Part shown: one piece after another, positions 1 through 10,584 of the stretch
Numbering within the stretch: the stretch's first letter is position 1
Layout of the letters: every line of letters starts with the position of its first letter
NCBI GenBank assembly: GCA_002633005.1
Contig: NMRA01000094.1
Location: 86,208-150,207, forward strand
Direction: 5' to 3'
DNA length: 64,000 nt
Source: Phoronis australis
Lineage: Eukaryota > Animalia > Phoronida
Position numbers and translations under genes: made by a program
Notes under the pieces: generated by a model
Database searches by the model: none
Told to the model about the DNA's origin: nothing
The model's input: the letters and a program-made list of their open reading frames with translations, nothing else

Positions 1-309
1 CGAAATTCTTTTTGCATCTAATGTTGCATCAAGATCATATAAGCAGTGCATAGATCAGCTCGAAATTTCAAAAATGGGTTTATAAAATTACTAAACAATT
101 TTTGCTTGTGTGGTTGACGTAGCAGTCATTCATGTTTTGCTTGAGACAGTTTTGGTGCATTAACTGACCCGGCCGTCGTGACGGCGACTGCTTGAGATTG
201 TAACAGACAATTTGACAAAAATTCAGAAGTGAAAGTGGTTTAAATAAAAAGTTATTGTTTTATGAGTGCTCAGTTTAAAGCAGCTTTAACGTAAATTCCT
301 TGAACATTG

Positions 310-624
310 CATAGGCGGATTAAGGGGGGGGGGGGAGGGGGCCCGCCCCCCCCCTGGNNNTGGCTGCCGTAAGCAAAAATGAAACAGCAACAGCGTGAAG
401 CGCGAGGAAATATTGAGGAGCAAGCAACTAGGACGTGGAGAAGGGGGTGCCTCAGACCGCGGCGTTCCCGTTTTTTTTTAGTCCATCAGTACATTTCCCG
501 AACAGAAGGTCCACATATCCGGCTCCCGCAACTTCGGGCCTGCGCTGCACATACAATCGCGCTTTGCCCGATTCCCCGAGACAACATGTTGGCCCCCCCT
601 TATGGTATCTTAGATCCGCCACTG
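310..624. mobile_element. Short non-autonomous DNA transposon (MITE), 5-bp-TSD family
   Basis: Ends CATAGGCGGATTAAGGGG...CCCC..TAGATCCGCCACTG; flanks cattg/catgg (near 5-bp TSD); same termini as copies at 14649, 23374 and 38571. Confidence 0.7.
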
Positions 625-669
625 CATGGCTTCCGCAATCAGTTAAACGCGGCTTGTTCTGAATTTCAG

Positions 670-909
670 AAGCAAATCGCGCGTTCTTACTTATTGAAGT
701 GTTTCCTTTCTTGCGTTACGTTCCCGGCGACGTGCTTGGAGTCAACTCCATCCTAAAAGATGTTGAAGTTGTGGAAATGTTCTTCAAAGAGATCATCGCA
801 GAGCACAAGGCTACCTACAACTCGGGCAACATGCGGGACTTCATAGACACCTATCTTAAACAAATTGACTCGGAAACAAAAAGTGGAAAAACTGATTCTA
901 CATTTTCAG
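670..909 (+). CDS. Cytochrome P450 (clan 2, CYP2-like), internal exon
   Basis: Encodes FPFLRYVPGD...EHKATY...RDFIDTYL (F-G-H region); acceptor tttcag at 669 (less certain); donor cag|gtaaaa at 909/910, phase 1. Confidence 0.88.
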
Positions 910-2071
910 GTAAAACTTGCTTTAAAAATATGAACTACGCCACCATGGCGCAGGCATACTTACAGCTGATACCCAGACTTTAGTTAACTTGCTCACGCGC
1001 TGAGCGCCATCAAAAGTATAAGTGGGATGACGTCAGAATGGACTTGCTTTTTGTCGTTGTTTTTTTAAAATTCTTGCCATTAACTCCGCTTACAGCCAAG
1101 TGCATCGATTTTGAAAAATCAAGCGTAACAGTTATTTTTCAACTCTGAAAACACGCATACATGGATCATTTTAGAAAAACGTTGATCTGTGTGGATTGAC
1201 CCACACGGCCTCAAGTCTATGGGACAGTTTACAGGCCGTATGGGCCATGTAAGGTTTTTGCCCATTTTCGATTCTGAGTTTAATGGTCCTGTTGGCTCGA
1301 CCACTGTGAATCAATGATATTATTTTTGCGTCAATGACACGGGTTGTGCTCCTAAAATTATCCCTGCGAAGGTCACAGTTGTCTATCGTCTTCTTAAAAC
1401 CTGTACATGTTTACAGGAACATACTAGTTACGTGCAATGTACATCGAAAGCCCAGTGGTCGCTTGTGACAATGATTCTTTGATGCACTGACAGACCAGCT
1501 GAAACGCTAAGCGACACGTTTTAACATTACAAATTAATGTGGTTGTGATTCACACATGAATCTGCCGCCTTTTGCGTTCATTGGCGGCATCGCATTCTGG
1601 CAACGAAAAATAAAAATATATTCATAGTTTATAAACCTATTGACAAAACCCAGCGATACCACACACTTCATGATAAGGAAGTGCCCAAATTATAAATCAA
1701 GACACCTCAATCTGGAAACTCATTGTTACATTTCTCTCTATGTCTCATTATTTTTCTGTATTTCTACGCTATGAGTATAACATCAAATCAAAGTTGTGGA
1801 ACTATAGGCTGACTAACCCTCAAGAATTACCTTGCCTTGAAAACAATTTTTCTACAATCAAAAAGGACTGGAGAAATGAAACTGTGCACGTCTGCAATCA
1901 GCGATGATCTTTTTCAGGATGCAAATCATTTCCTATCTTGACTTGTGCTATTCAGTAGTCTCAGGTTTAGTTTTCATTTCCGTCCATGTAAAAATATGTG
2001 CGCATAATTTTGTCGCTAGTGCCTCCTAGGTTACATCGCTCCATGCTTTCAATATCCGTCACTGTGTTTAG

Positions 2072-2512
2072 AATTCCAGCTGCTAAGGGTCTTGATGGAC
2101 TTGTTCGTGGCCGGAATGGACACAGTGACCACTACGATACGCTGGACATTACTTTTCTTAATACTTCATCCCGAGGTGCAAGAGAAAGCGCGTTTGGAAC
2201 TGGACAGGGTCGTAGGGCAAGAAAAATTACCGTCAGTAAAGGATCGATCCAAACTGCCTTACATTGAAGCACTTATCACAGAGTCACAACGAGTAGCCAG
2301 AATTAATGGTTTTGGCCTGGGTCACAAAGCCATGGAAGAGGTCACCTTGAAGGGATTTCAACTGCCAACTGGAACGGCGGTATCAGCCAATATTGCAGCT
2401 TTACTTCTAGATGAGAAGCAGTTTCCAAATCCGACGCGTTTCTACCCAGAAAGATTTTTGGACGAAAGTGGCCAGTTTGTGAAGCCAGAAACAGTTATCC
2501 CTTTCGGCACAG
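2072..2512 (+). CDS. Cytochrome P450 (clan 2), exon with I-helix, ExxR and PERF
   Basis: tttag|aa ttc: EFQLLRVLMDLFVAGMDTVTTT...ESQR...PERF...PFGT(G); donor cag|gtacgt; 441 nt, phase 1 to 1. Confidence 0.95.
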
Positions 2513-2657
2513 GTACGTCTGATATGGTACCTGTGAACCTTTTGGCACAGGTACGTCTGATATGGTACCTGTGAACCTTTTGACACAGGTACGTCTGATA
2601 TGGTACCTGTGAACCTTTTGGCACAGGTACGTCTGATATGGTACCTGTGAACCTTTT
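2506..2657 (+). repeat. 38-bp tandem repeat x4 spanning the CYP splice donor
   Basis: Unit ggcacag|gtacgtctgatatggtacctgtgaacctttt starts at 2506, 2544, 2582 and 2620. Confidence 0.95.
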
Positions 2658-3584
2658 CAGTACGGATAAGTCTTAACATTATTTTCGAGTAACCGACCAT
2701 AAAATATGTTCTTTTTTGAAAATAATATTTGAGAAATCCTTTTGCAATAGCTTTGCTTTTAAGTGGAATGAAGAAATATTTTTTTTTTGGCACGGGCCTT
2801 CCTAACTCAAAAGAGTGAGCGTAAGATAGGACGACAGGATACTAACCGGCTATATTTTCGATGAATCTTGTATTCGGTATGAAACATTTCCCAAGAAACC
2901 GAATCCCAACAATTACAGGCTTTTTCAGAAGTTCAATATTCCAATATGGATACCAATGTATCGTCATATGCATTTTGTATACGGAAAGGACGGATGCGGA
3001 CAATGTAAGCACGTAAGTACATGTTTACAGTATACCATCACACTTCCTGTCACATTTCAGTAACATATTACTAAACTCTCTTAACTATAATTCAATTTTT
3101 GGACAATTCTAAGAAACAATTATACTTCCAAGTAAAAGGAGCCAAGTGGCTTTAATTACAGGTACTTTCCCTTATTTTCACTAGTTTAGAACATAATAAT
3201 TATTCAAGTTTCATCAACTGAAAAACGTCCTTAGACTAGAAACAATACACGTCTCTATGTGCCGGCGTAGGCCTATCGCCGGTCACCGAGTTCACAAAAC
3301 GGAAAGTCCGGCGTCCCTTTGATAGCAGTGGTCATTTTGTTGGTACACCACCATACCTAAAAAATTAGATTTAATTAAAGTAATTCTATATAAAATTCCG
3401 TGCTTAAGAAATCAATCTGACGAAAGAGAGGTAAGTTAAGACTAAACTGGGTTGCATCCATTCCTGAACTTTTTAGCTTAACTTAGCATCTTTAGAATTG
3501 GGTCGCAGGATGAATCGCCTGTAGCCTAACCTGGATGAAAAACAGTGTGTACGTTGTTTATATAAACGTTTTTTATATTGTCAG

Positions 3585-3766
3585 GACGACGAGTTTGTCT
3601 CGGAGAAGCCCTAGGGAGAATGGAACTATTCATCTATGTAACCACAATGTTACACAACTTCACGTTTAGCCTTCCTCCACGGACCAAGTCATTGCCAACG
3701 AAAGGAGTCATGGGGTTTGCCTACGCACCACTACCGTACGAGGTATTAGCCATCCCCAGAATCTAA
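3585..3766 (+). CDS. Cytochrome P450 (clan 2), last exon with heme-binding Cys
   Basis: tgtcag|ga completes PFGTG-RRVCLGEALGRMELF...PRI-stop; candidate AATAAA at 4238-4243. Confidence 0.95.
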
Positions 3767-4665
3767 TGATAATGAGATAGAGCATGTATTATATAATATT
3801 TTCATCATCACGAGAGTTTTTAGTTCAATGTGTATATTTATATTCAAATGGGAATATTATCGCTTTTTGGTCACTTTAACATATTTTACGTTCTCTGAAA
3901 TTTATTATGAATATTTTATTCGACTTTTGTAAAAAACCGTTATTAAGGAGTTTTCATACGGAGTTGGCATAACGCATCTCATTCATTTTGTATTTTCACA
4001 TGCATTGAAATTACGAGAATACCTTCCCAGTTGCAAGAAACGCGGATTTTCCAGAAAAACAAAAGGAATGAAAGTCATAAGTACAGGTCAGCGCTCGCTG
4101 TTTACTACGACGTCGGCAATGTTAAAACTTACTTGATGAAGTGGAGTTTTATGACGTATCTCAAGTAATATTAACGATGCTTTTGAAAATTAAATACTGT
4201 AAAACGTTTAGGTAACCAAACGTAGAACCTTCAACTAAATAAAACGAATTTAATTTTGCAATCCTCTGTTGTGTGACTAATTGACGCATGCGATTCCTGT
4301 GCAATCCAATGTTTCCTTTGAGAAAGTGACATCATAATTAACATTCATAAAAACAAGTAATTAGCATCATGTCATGATTACACCTGGAAGGGAAGATTTC
4401 ACAAGGAAGCCGTGCATAGTCTTAACACTGAACTAAAACCTGCTCGTACGTGTGATTGGTTTACACTTTGGTAACAGGGTTCTTTTCACGTACCGCCCGG
4501 ATACAATTCTTTAGCAAAATGATTGCACTAGGCTAATTCATTTCTGAAATAATTTCTTCACGCCACGTGTTCCCATTCAATTATACAATTCTAAAAAGTA
4601 TTAAAACAGCTTATTATTTAAAATGACTTATTCTTATTAAAATGACATAGGCAAAAAATTGAATT

Positions 4666-4930
4666 TTGGACCTCAAAAGCGAGGCCCCCTATATTAATAT
4701 AGGGGGCCTCGCTGAAGGGAGGCCGGAGAGCGGGGCCTCCTATATTAATAAGATGACGACAGAAGAGGACAAATTTCGGACGGATCTGACAACCATTGTG
4801 CCCCCTAGTGGCAATTATTTTTTTACATTTACCTCTGTATCTTTAAAGGTCGTCTAAAGATTTTTGTGAAACTTGGCATATAGGCACCTGTTAGTAGGAT
4901 GATGCTATATTCCTGTTTTCGGAAGGAGNT
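4666..4930. repeat. Interspersed repeat end with 36-bp perfect palindrome (Helentron/HINE-like)
   Basis: Palindrome agcgaggccccctatatt-aatatagggggcctcgct at 4678-4713, a partial second copy, then a tgaaacttgg motif also seen inverted in the 9.1-10.3 kb repeat; family assignment is inference. Confidence 0.45.
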
Positions 4931-7329
4931 TTTAAATAATAAGCTGTTTTAAGCGCTAGCTGGCGGCGCAGTACTGAAAAAAGTGGGGGCTAAAGCCCCC
5001 TCCCCTAACCCCCTTGTGGTGCACCGCTTATAGACCATGGACGTGGTAGCACTGAAAAAAATGAGGGCTATAGCCCACCAGCTCCCTATGGTGCTCCACC
5101 CATGAATATACATCTGAAGCGCCACTCGCAGAGTTAAGAAGTGGTTAACAAATTATCAAGTATTTAAAAACCTGCGTAGTATTACCTAGGGCCAATATCA
5201 TAGTCTTAATTTTCTACTGCTAATGCTGCAGTGTCGAAGATGTTGGAGTTGACATCACATTTTATTTCTTGGCAAAGTGTTTTTTTTTCTGTTATTGTTT
5301 TTGCTCATTTTTTCCACTTCATATTACACTTGCGCACAACACCGTGTGGGCCATTTACTACGTAAGCCAACACTGCGTGTCGCCAACCGACTGGAGCGAC
5401 GTCTTTCGTGAAAATGGATGTGGACCTGTTGTATTATTTGCAATGCCTTGGTTCAGCCAGGTCTGCCACTCTGCATGGTCACATCAGAGCGCTGCGAAGG
5501 AACACAATTTTCGCTTAGCAAAACCATAGCTCCACAGCCTTTAAGAGTGTATTTAAAATTTGGGGTTTGGAGATAACTCGTCCGTTCGCCAGAAATTTGT
5601 GACATGTTCTTCTTGCCAGCACCCCTCCATAAGAAATACACTGCAGGAACAAACTATTATCAGTAAATTAGAAGTCATGGGCGATAACTACACAATTTGC
5701 CTATAGCCTGTCACAGAGAGTGTATGACAGGGCTTGGAATGACCCATGACAGAAAAGAGAAAATTTTTACGGCCCTAAATACACATTTAATCTAAACCGC
5801 ACCTCAAAAGATCGAAAGTAAACATTATTATCACAATTAAGACGCCCTGTTACTGTGTCGAGTTGGCAAAACGCACTCATCTTAAGCAGTACCTGACATC
5901 TATTTCAGCAACAACAATGAAGGCAATTAGATGCAACAAAATATATTTTTTAAAATTAAAATAATAAAGACTATGCAGTGTGAGTGGCAAGAACTTATTC
6001 TTGATTTGCTACAAGGAGAACTACAAAATTATTTTCAGTTCTTATAATTACGATACAAAATTACAAGAAAATGAAAATCGATCCATAGATTATATAGAAA
6101 GCCTGAAATACATACACATTTAATTCCAACAAAAAAATTAATTCCAACGCAAATGGAAAAAAGTCAAGACGAAAACCTGTGGCCCATACCCCAACTGTTA
6201 GCATGGAAAAATGAAAGTCAAAAACAACATACTTTAAACTATAGAATGCATCAATCACAAGTTGGCCAAACTTTTCAGTTTCAAACAGTAATTACAGGAG
6301 TTAATTGTTCATAAGCCACGATGGTGTAGAAGAAACTATGTGACAAGAAATAACTACCAGGACACTGAAAATAGGCTGGCAGAATTTTTAAACAATGGTT
6401 TAGACCAATCAGATCATTCAAAATCTGTCACGTGATCACTGCTCTCGAACTGCAAAACTCGAATCACAAAATAGTCTCCTGCACAGACCCTCGAGGTTGG
6501 TTGCAATCCGTGACGTCATCTTCTGAGGCCCGGGAACCAGGTTAGTCACAAAATAGAACACGAAAAATGTCAAAATAAATTGAAATACATACAAGGCAAT
6601 TTAAAAGCCATTTGCAGTAACGAAAATAGCACTCTGTATACTATGTTAAGTCTTTATTGCCAAATATCTGCGTCATTAGTAAAAAATTTCCCACCTCTAT
6701 GGAAGTTTGAAGTTTGCCCCGTTCATGTTAACAATCGCCCAGAAGCCAATATTTGAGTGCACAGCTCACTTTTAAGTCAAGTTTCTGGGACTCCGCCATC
6801 GAATTTGTCGATAGCCTAGACGACGTGTATTGAGAGGCTGCTGATCCCTATTTCATGTGATTTTTTAAAAAAATTTCCACGTCTATTTTCCTCCGCCAGA
6901 AAATGGCCGGTCAGCGTACAGTGGTGTTAGAAGGTGTACTGATCGCCTTCTTGTCTTAATGCAATGGAATTTTCACTCTATTGAGGAGAGATTAGATCAC
7001 AATCGGTAGAAACATTGTTCTACCTATCCGGGTAATCTTAAGGAATATTTTCAAAGTTGGAAAAAAGTTGATATTTATACAGAATTCCACATTTTCGCCT
7101 GGTTATCTACAGAATGTTGTTTCATTTTTGTGCCTCACAAATTATACCCGTGAACACAGCAGTGATTTGTTTCTTGATTCAATGTTTTGAAATTGTTATT
7201 CTGGTTAGGAGTATGTGAAAAAGTGAACATATAATCACCCCATTGCGCATGCGAGTTTCCACTGCGCATGCCAGTTTCCACTGCGCATGCCAGTTCATAA
7301 GAAGAGCTAGGAAAGCCTGTAGCTCCAAC

Positions 7330-7770
7330 TTGGACACCCAATAAATTGAGGGTGTGCGTTTTATAAGTTTTGACTTAAGTCCTCATACTTGGCCATCTAC
7401 AATTCCTGACTCTCTTCAATACGAGGCAGTTAGTTTGACTAGTCTTGGTCGATTCCAAAGTTGAAATATGGGTAGATCGCTGTCATCAGTAAGACGTGTT
7501 TACCACCCCGTGAGAAGAACCAATTTGCTAGACAGATATGCACTGCAGCTGAGATAGCGTCAATGTGGATTTGGTGGAGAAGAAATGAAGACCTAGCAGA
7601 GCGCCTTCTGGTGGCTAGTCGTTTATCAAGTACCCTGCTAGCAAGAGGCAGACATCCATCCAGCACCAGTTGGCCTTCTTAGGTGCTGGTGAGTGTGGGC
7701 CATATAGACATAACATCGCAAAGAGGTTATAAGTCCAATACACTGGTGAAGACTGCCTCTGACTTCGCAA
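7330..7770 (+). pseudogene. Old decayed 3' end of a HERO-like RLE retrotransposon
   Basis: 7545-7592 translates AAEIASMWIWWRRNED, matching the C-terminus ETAERTSCWLWYRRNE of the 17306 ORF; followed by a UTR hairpin containing the same ttggcc; boundaries approximate. Confidence 0.6.
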
Positions 7771-8325
7771 TCTTTTTGTTTGTGCCACAGTCTGTACAAC
7801 ACAAAGTCATATAGGATGTTCTTAACTTTAAAGAGTGTCACTGGTGTGACGAAAACTAGTGAATTAAAATGCGTCTATGGGGCTCTGACCTGGTCAGCTG
7901 AAAACTGGCAAATGTAATCCTACTAGATATAGATAGTGCTGAAAGAACGGTTCCTAGGGGTGCTGCACCGATCAGATAGATCCCTATAATTGCCACTATG
8001 CTCACCTTCCCAGAAACTCATTCACTGTTGGGAAGGGAAGTGGATATTATGTGAATACTAAATCAATAAGACTGCCAAAAGGGGGCACAACACAAGTCAA
8101 AACTGTGCAAAAAAGGAAACATCTATCCTCTCCTAGAAATGGTAGAGCTCGAACCAGATGTAAAGGCAAACAGAAGACCGAAAATTGACAAAAGGTAGAT
8201 CAGAAGAGGTTGAATTTGTCCAAAAGTTGCTCCTACCTATTATGTGTTCATAGAACCACATCTGCCAAATTTTCTAAAGGCCAGACAAATTGAAGAAATC
8301 ATCTGACGTATGGATGCTGGACATC

Positions 8326-8665
8326 TGAACCAATGATAGCATAAACAAGTTTATTGAACTTGAAGGCCATCACATGAATACATTTGGATGCATTGAACCA
8401 ATGATAGCATAAACAAGTTTATTGAACTTGAAGGCCATCACATGAATACATTTGGATGCATTGAACCAATGATAGCATAAACAAGTTTATTGAACTTGAA
8501 GGCCATCACACGAGTACATTTGGATGCATTGAACCAATGATAGCATAAACAACTTTATTGAACTTGAAGGCCATCACACGAGTACATTTGGATGCATTGA
8601 ACCAATGATAGCATAAACAAGTTTATTGAACTTGAAGGCCATCACATGAGTACATTTGGATGCAT
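8326..8665. repeat. 68-bp minisatellite x5
   Basis: Unit tgaaccaatgatagcataaacaagtttattgaacttgaaggccatcacatgaatacatttggatgcat. Confidence 0.95.
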
Positions 8666-9124
8666 AAAACATTCCATTTTAGAACATGCGCCATGAGAGT
8701 TTCTACTAGACATTCCTCATATGATATTACAGCAGTGCTCTATCATGGGCTACAAAAAGCTTGTTATTTCTTTATGTATTATCAATGGTAACATCACAAT
8801 GCACAATGACAGTTCCTTAAATCTCAATGGTTAAGCTCAGTCACAAGTTTGCATGGTGAATTTCAACGTGTTAAACAATGAGAGTGCATTCAACAGTGTT
8901 GTTCTAGTGAGCTAGTACACCACCAGACATTGTCACACAGACGCCTCATCAACCTATTATTTAAAAAGTTCAGTTTCCTTTGCCTTGCCTGACTTACTAC
9001 AGATCTAGTGTCTGGACACGTCATTGTACAACTCTCTCAAACATAATCACACAAAATACTGTTTCCCCTGTCATTCTAGCTACTCTGATACCGCCTTCCA
9101 CATGTATCCAACCATCATCAGAGG

Positions 9125-10275
9125 GAACAACAGAAACGCTGGGGCAGTGACATGCACCCATGGTGCATCACAAACGCCATGTTTCTGCTGGCCACCAAGA
9201 GCTGCAACAGGTGAAAAGGTGCCAACACATTGACATCACACCTCTGTAGCAAGTTTCATTGAAATCTGTCAGTTGGTTCTTTAGATATCATCCGGAAACG
9301 CTCTTAACCCAAACAACACTTGAAAAGCCCAATGCCAAAAACAAAATGGCCACTAAGAGACTGTTGGTGAATCTTCCCAAAAATGAAGTGGCAACAATGC
9401 AGTCTCCCCATAAACCTATGCGTCAAGTTTCATTGAAATCGGTCAATCAGTTATCCAGATACCATCCAGAAACAGCCCCAAACAACAAGCCTATTGTCAA
9501 AATGCAGCAGTGGACAAATCCACCCCAAAACTGAAGGGCCCGATGCATTGACATCATATATGTATGTCAAGTTTCATTAACATACATCGATCCTTTTTTG
9601 ATATCATCCAGAATTGCTCTTTTCTCAAACAATACATGAGAACACAGTGGCAACTAGGAGGTGCTGCAGTATTCCAATCCAACCTGGAGATGGCAAATTG
9701 ACCTAAAACACCTCTGATTTAAGTTTCATTAAAATCTGTCAATCGGTTCTCTAGATATCATCCAGAAATGTTCTTTTCCAAAATGGCCACTAGGAGGTGC
9801 TGCAGTGGTCCAATCCATCCAAAATCAAATGATGCCAACATATTGAAATCATATACATCTGTGACGACAGTCGGTTATTGTGATGTCCTCTGGAAATTTT
9901 CTTAACCTAAACAACACCTAAAAAGGCATTGCCAAGAACAAAATGACCACTAGGAGGTGCTGCAATACTCGAACCCACCCGAAAATAAAATGGTACTGGC
10001 ACATTGAAATCATATACCTTTCCATAAAGTTTCAATGAAATACATCAATCAGTTCTCTAGATAACATGCGGAAACACTCTTCCCCAAAATTTCTGAGTCA
10101 CGCCCCCCTGACACCCGGGCAGATTGAAAAGTGGCACTAACTGTTAATGTGATGCCCTACCATCTTGTGGCAAATTTCATCAAAACCTGACGGGTTTTTT
10201 GATATATTGAGCGGGCACCCAAACACAGTGACGACAATACGTGACCGCATAAGGTATGTAGGGCATATAACAAGA
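9125..10275. mobile_element. Non-autonomous element with diverged internal ~150-170 bp repeats (Helentron/HINE-like)
   Basis: Recurrent aagtttcattgaaatc...agatatcatccggaaac and aaatggccactaggaggtgctgca motifs; family assignment is inference. Confidence 0.55.
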
Positions 10276-10468
10276 ATACCATTTGTATCCAGCCATCATC
10301 ACAGGGAATCCGACTAGCACCAGGCCACCATGGCGGGGAATCCAACTTGTGCGTAGCCATCATCAGATTACTTTGTCCAATTAGGTTTGGCAAGTAATAA
10401 GCATTAAGTACATGATAGACCAAAGGCACAAATTGTACACAATTAACATAAATTAACATCACCTAGTA

Positions 10469-10584
10469 TCAATGAAAACCTCCATAAAAGTACTTATTGC
10501 CAAAGACATAAACCAACAGGCTAATATTGATGATCACACTGGCCGCAAGAATTACATGAGGCATGTTAAGCGTTCTCTTCACAC
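10469..10584 (-). CDS. TMEM201: TMEM201 last coding exon (C-terminal TM segment)
   Basis: ttttttgcag|gt: VKRTLNMPHVILAASVIINISLLVYVFGNKYFYGGFH-stop. Confidence 0.8.

Noticed and set aside
2513-2793. ORF-track extension of the CYP exon and antisense ORFs with repeated peptides
   Set aside because: Read-through into the 38-bp array; the true frame splices at 2512 to the heme exon
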